NCBI GenBank assembly: GCA_019313735.1
Contig: JAFDAR010000008.1
Coordinates: 1-28,815 of the forward strand
Direction: 5' to 3'
Length of the DNA: 28,815 nt
Source of the DNA: Deltaproteobacteria bacterium
Lineage (GTDB): Bacteria > Desulfobacterota > Syntrophia > Syntrophales > UBA2210
Positions within the stretch are counted from its first letter, which is position 1, and each line of letters opens with the position of its first letter. The position numbers and the translations under genes are program-made. Positions 26,419-28,815 of the stretch are shown here, piece by piece. The notes below the pieces were generated by a model. It worked only from the letters and a program-made list of their open reading frames with translations, was not told the origin of the DNA and did not search any database.

Positions 26419-27835
26419 TATTCCCCTGTGGACATGACAAAGAACGGGGCGTGGTTCGATGTGAACACAGGAGGGTCTCTCCGCAAAATAGCCTGGATAA
26501 CGGGATTTCTTCTGAACTCGCGATCCAGAAACCGTCTGACATGCTTTCTGTCCCACCCCCCGGGATGTCTGAACTGCCTGTAGAGGGTCAGATCGCCGGA
26601 ATAAAAATCCTCTGTATCCAGACCTGCCGCGTCCGGGCCATAGGCGGGCATATTGAATATTGCAAGGTTTTTCGCCTCCCTGTACGTCTCGGCGGGGGTT
26701 CCAAAGAGGAGATATATGTAGGTGCCTATGCCGACATCCCTGAGGTTTTTCAGCGCCATGGATGCCTCTGTCAGATCAATGCCTTTATCTAGCGCGTCGA
26801 GAACAGACTGATCCCCCGATTCGAGGCCGATCTTCAGCATGACGCACCCGGAACGTTTCAGGCTCCTGCAGAAGTCAGGGTCTGTCAACCGGCGGGTTAC
26901 GCGCGCAAATCCGTACCAGGGGATACCGGGGGGATTGTCGACTATGGCTGTAAGTAGCGCCGGGCTCATCGCGTTATCGAGAAAATGTATGAGGCGGGGG
27001 TTGTAGCGTTCGATAAGGCCCTCAATGTCGGAGATCGACTCATTCACTGGAAGGGGAGAATAGAAACTACCCTCGGCCTTCTCCGGGCAGAAGGTGCACC
27101 GGCTCCAGTAGCAGCCGCTTGACGCGCTGTAAGGGAGGACAAAACCCGGAGACAGGTAGGCAATCCGAGTATGTCAAGGAGGGGGTCCTCGCCCGGCCCC
27201 GCCACCATGTTGTCAACAAGGCCATCAAACGGGTTCCTCCAGCCGGGGTTACTGAGCCATGATGTCACAAGGCCTCCGCCCAGAACCAGTCTTGCGTCCG
27301 GGCAGAGCTTTTTTATGAGACCGATCATGGAAAAGGTCGGAATGGCCTGGCTCAGATAGTTCAGCGAAATTCCAACAACGGAAGGCTCTTTATCCTCGAA
27401 AACAGCCGACAGTCTCTCCATAAAATAACCGTAAAAAGGACTTGTTTCCGGTTGCTCCGATGTCCTTATGAGATCGGAACTTCTGAGAGGGGAGAGGCTG
27501 AAATCCTGATAATTCGCGAGGCCGACAGCCACACCATGAGCGCGCGCGACCTAATTGAGGACGTGGTTTATATCATTCACCGCCCGGCTGTAGCGGTCTA
27601 TATGCCTGTAGAGATTTGGGTGCAATAGCGCGGAAACATTCGAATCCAGATGTCGCGATGCCCGCCTGGACCACGTATCGTCAGCCTCGACGGGACATCT
27701 CAGGAGAGTCATCAGACCTTCAAGATTGGCATCCAATACGCGGCAGCGAACGTTATGTTTCCCCAGCATCCCCAGGAGATTTGCGATTCCCGCGGGCGGC
27801 TCGCAGGGTCTTACGACTGGTTTAGTCAGAGACAT
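26418..27835 (-). pseudogene. B12-binding-domain radical SAM protein, multiply broken
   Basis: PCEPPAGIA N-terminus, in-frame TAG at 27551-27553, B12-binding-like VGISLNYLSQA...LVLGGG...GPGE, frameshift at ~27162, then YLSPGFVLPYSASSGCYWSRCTFCPEK (CxxxCxxC), FLDNAMSP, GLESG, YLLFGTPAET. Confidence 0.88.
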
Positions 27836-27896
27836 CTATGATAAGATTTGTCAAGGGAAAACGGAGGTTTTCCCCATTCAGGCTGGTCGGGGGGTC

Positions 27897-27980
27897 GGGG
27901 GTCAGGTCTTGCAATAACACATTTAAATGAGTTGCTCGATGTCGTACAGATGGAATGTGTTATTGCAAGACCTGACCCCC
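27897..27980. repeat. 84-bp element with perfect 27-bp terminal inverted repeats
   Basis: gggggtcaggtcttgcaataacacatt (27897-27923), 30-nt spacer, aatgtgttattgcaagacctgaccccc (27954-27980). Confidence 0.9.
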
Positions 27981-27983
27981 ATC

Positions 27984-28812
27984 TTACCCATCAACCATTC
28001 CCGTCAGCTCTTCCCATCTGCGGTCAGCCAATTCCTGGGCCGCATTGACTGCTTCATCGGTTATATAGCGGAACCGTCCCTGAGCTTTCATGTATTTCGT
28101 AGATCGGGAAGACCTTTGACTGTGTGGCCATGCGGGAGATCTTGATTGAATCAGCGGAATCAATCTGCCAACCGGGAGGACATGGTGACAACATATGGAT
28201 AAACTTTGTGCCTTTAATGGAGCGGACTTTCCTGAACTTCGTGTATATATCAGCCGGATAGGCCACCGACGCCGTGGCCATATAGGGAATACCATGGTTC
28301 AGCATAATCTTTTCAATATCTTTTTTCGGTTCCTCTTTGACTGCTTCACCCGGTGTTGTGGTTGTCCATGCGCCCGCGGGTGTCGCGCCGGAACGCTGTA
28401 TGCCGGTATTCATGTATGCCTCATTGTCGTAACAGACGTAGAGGATGTCTTCGTTTCGCTCAGCGGCTCCCGAGAGGGCCTGCAGACCGATATCAAAAGT
28501 GCCGCCATCCCCGGCCCATGCCATGACAACAGTATCTTCCTCTCCCCTGATATCAAGAGCGGCGCGTACACCTGATGCCGCGGCTGCAGCCGTTTCAAAG
28601 GGGACATGGAGAAGCGGTACCTGTGAGGCCGAATAGGGATAAGCACCTACAATAACGCTCATGCAGCAGGCGGGCAGAACGATAACCGTGCGTCGGCCCA
28701 AGCCCTTCAAGGCAAGTTTCATCGCCAGCGAGGCGCCGCACCCCTGACACGAGAGTACGCCGGACTGCCACAATTCTTCTCCGGTCATCACATCGCGTGG
28801 TATTTCTATCAT
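27984..28812 (-). pseudogene. 2-oxoacid:ferredoxin oxidoreductase beta subunit (PorB/PadI-like), frameshifted near the C-terminus
   Basis: SCQGCG, PACC, AGDGGTFDIGLQALSG...YDNEAYMNTGIQRS (TPP motif), SPCPPGW. The frame breaks after FPIYE (~28095) and the tail YMKAQGRFRYITDEAV...RWEEL is in track ORF 27984..28295. Confidence 0.85.
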
Positions 28813-28815
28813 CTT

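Noticed and set aside
27551-27553. Pyrrolysine read-through of the in-frame TAG
   Set aside because: The gene has an independent frameshift, is not a methylamine methyltransferase, and no pyl genes are in the window. Simple nonsense mutation is more economical.
1-28815. CRISPR array, retron/DGR, toxin-antitoxin or defence system, intact transposase
   Set aside because: No regularly spaced repeat-spacer array and no RT, Cas, integrase or transposase motifs in any ORF. The repeats present are dispersed.

Overview
A 28.8-kb chromosomal window, most likely from an anaerobic Desulfobacterota/Syntrophales-type bacterium (inferred from gene order and protein style, not from a database search). The core is a housekeeping run on the + strand: yceD-rpmF-fabD-fabG-acpP-fabF-rpiB-glyA-dCMP deaminase-nrdR-ribE-ribBA-ribH-nusB-(M17 N-terminal-like)-trkA-trkH. 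To its left lie a SurA/PrsA-type PPIase, tRNA-Glu(CTC) with a decayed tRNA-Gln, a hemolysin-III family gene, a DUF1571-like gene, tex remnants and a DUF169-like gene. To its right lie an M50 peptidase, acyl-CoA synthetase, panE, a CGGC protein, a flavin oxidoreductase and four broken genes (alpha/beta hydrolase, MBL-fold hydrolase, B12-binding radical SAM, PorB). I found no CRISPR array, intact transposase, integrase or complete novel multi-gene system. The strongest unexplained signals are: (1) a 142-bp MITE family with three full copies, each flanked by its own 5-bp target-site duplication, one splitting a tex gene mid-frame; (2) an integron attC-like site with the hallmark extrahelical bases just after a small cassette-like ORF remnant at the left edge; (3) gene-selective decay by internal deletions, notably in riboflavin genes (ribE, ribBA broken, ribD absent) while neighbours look intact; (4) a pseudo-tRNA-Gln with a symmetrically shortened acceptor stem; (5) an in-frame YceD-L32 fusion ORF; (6) several families of tiny palindromic or REP-like repeats. 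The deletions could be assembly artefacts and need read-level confirmation.
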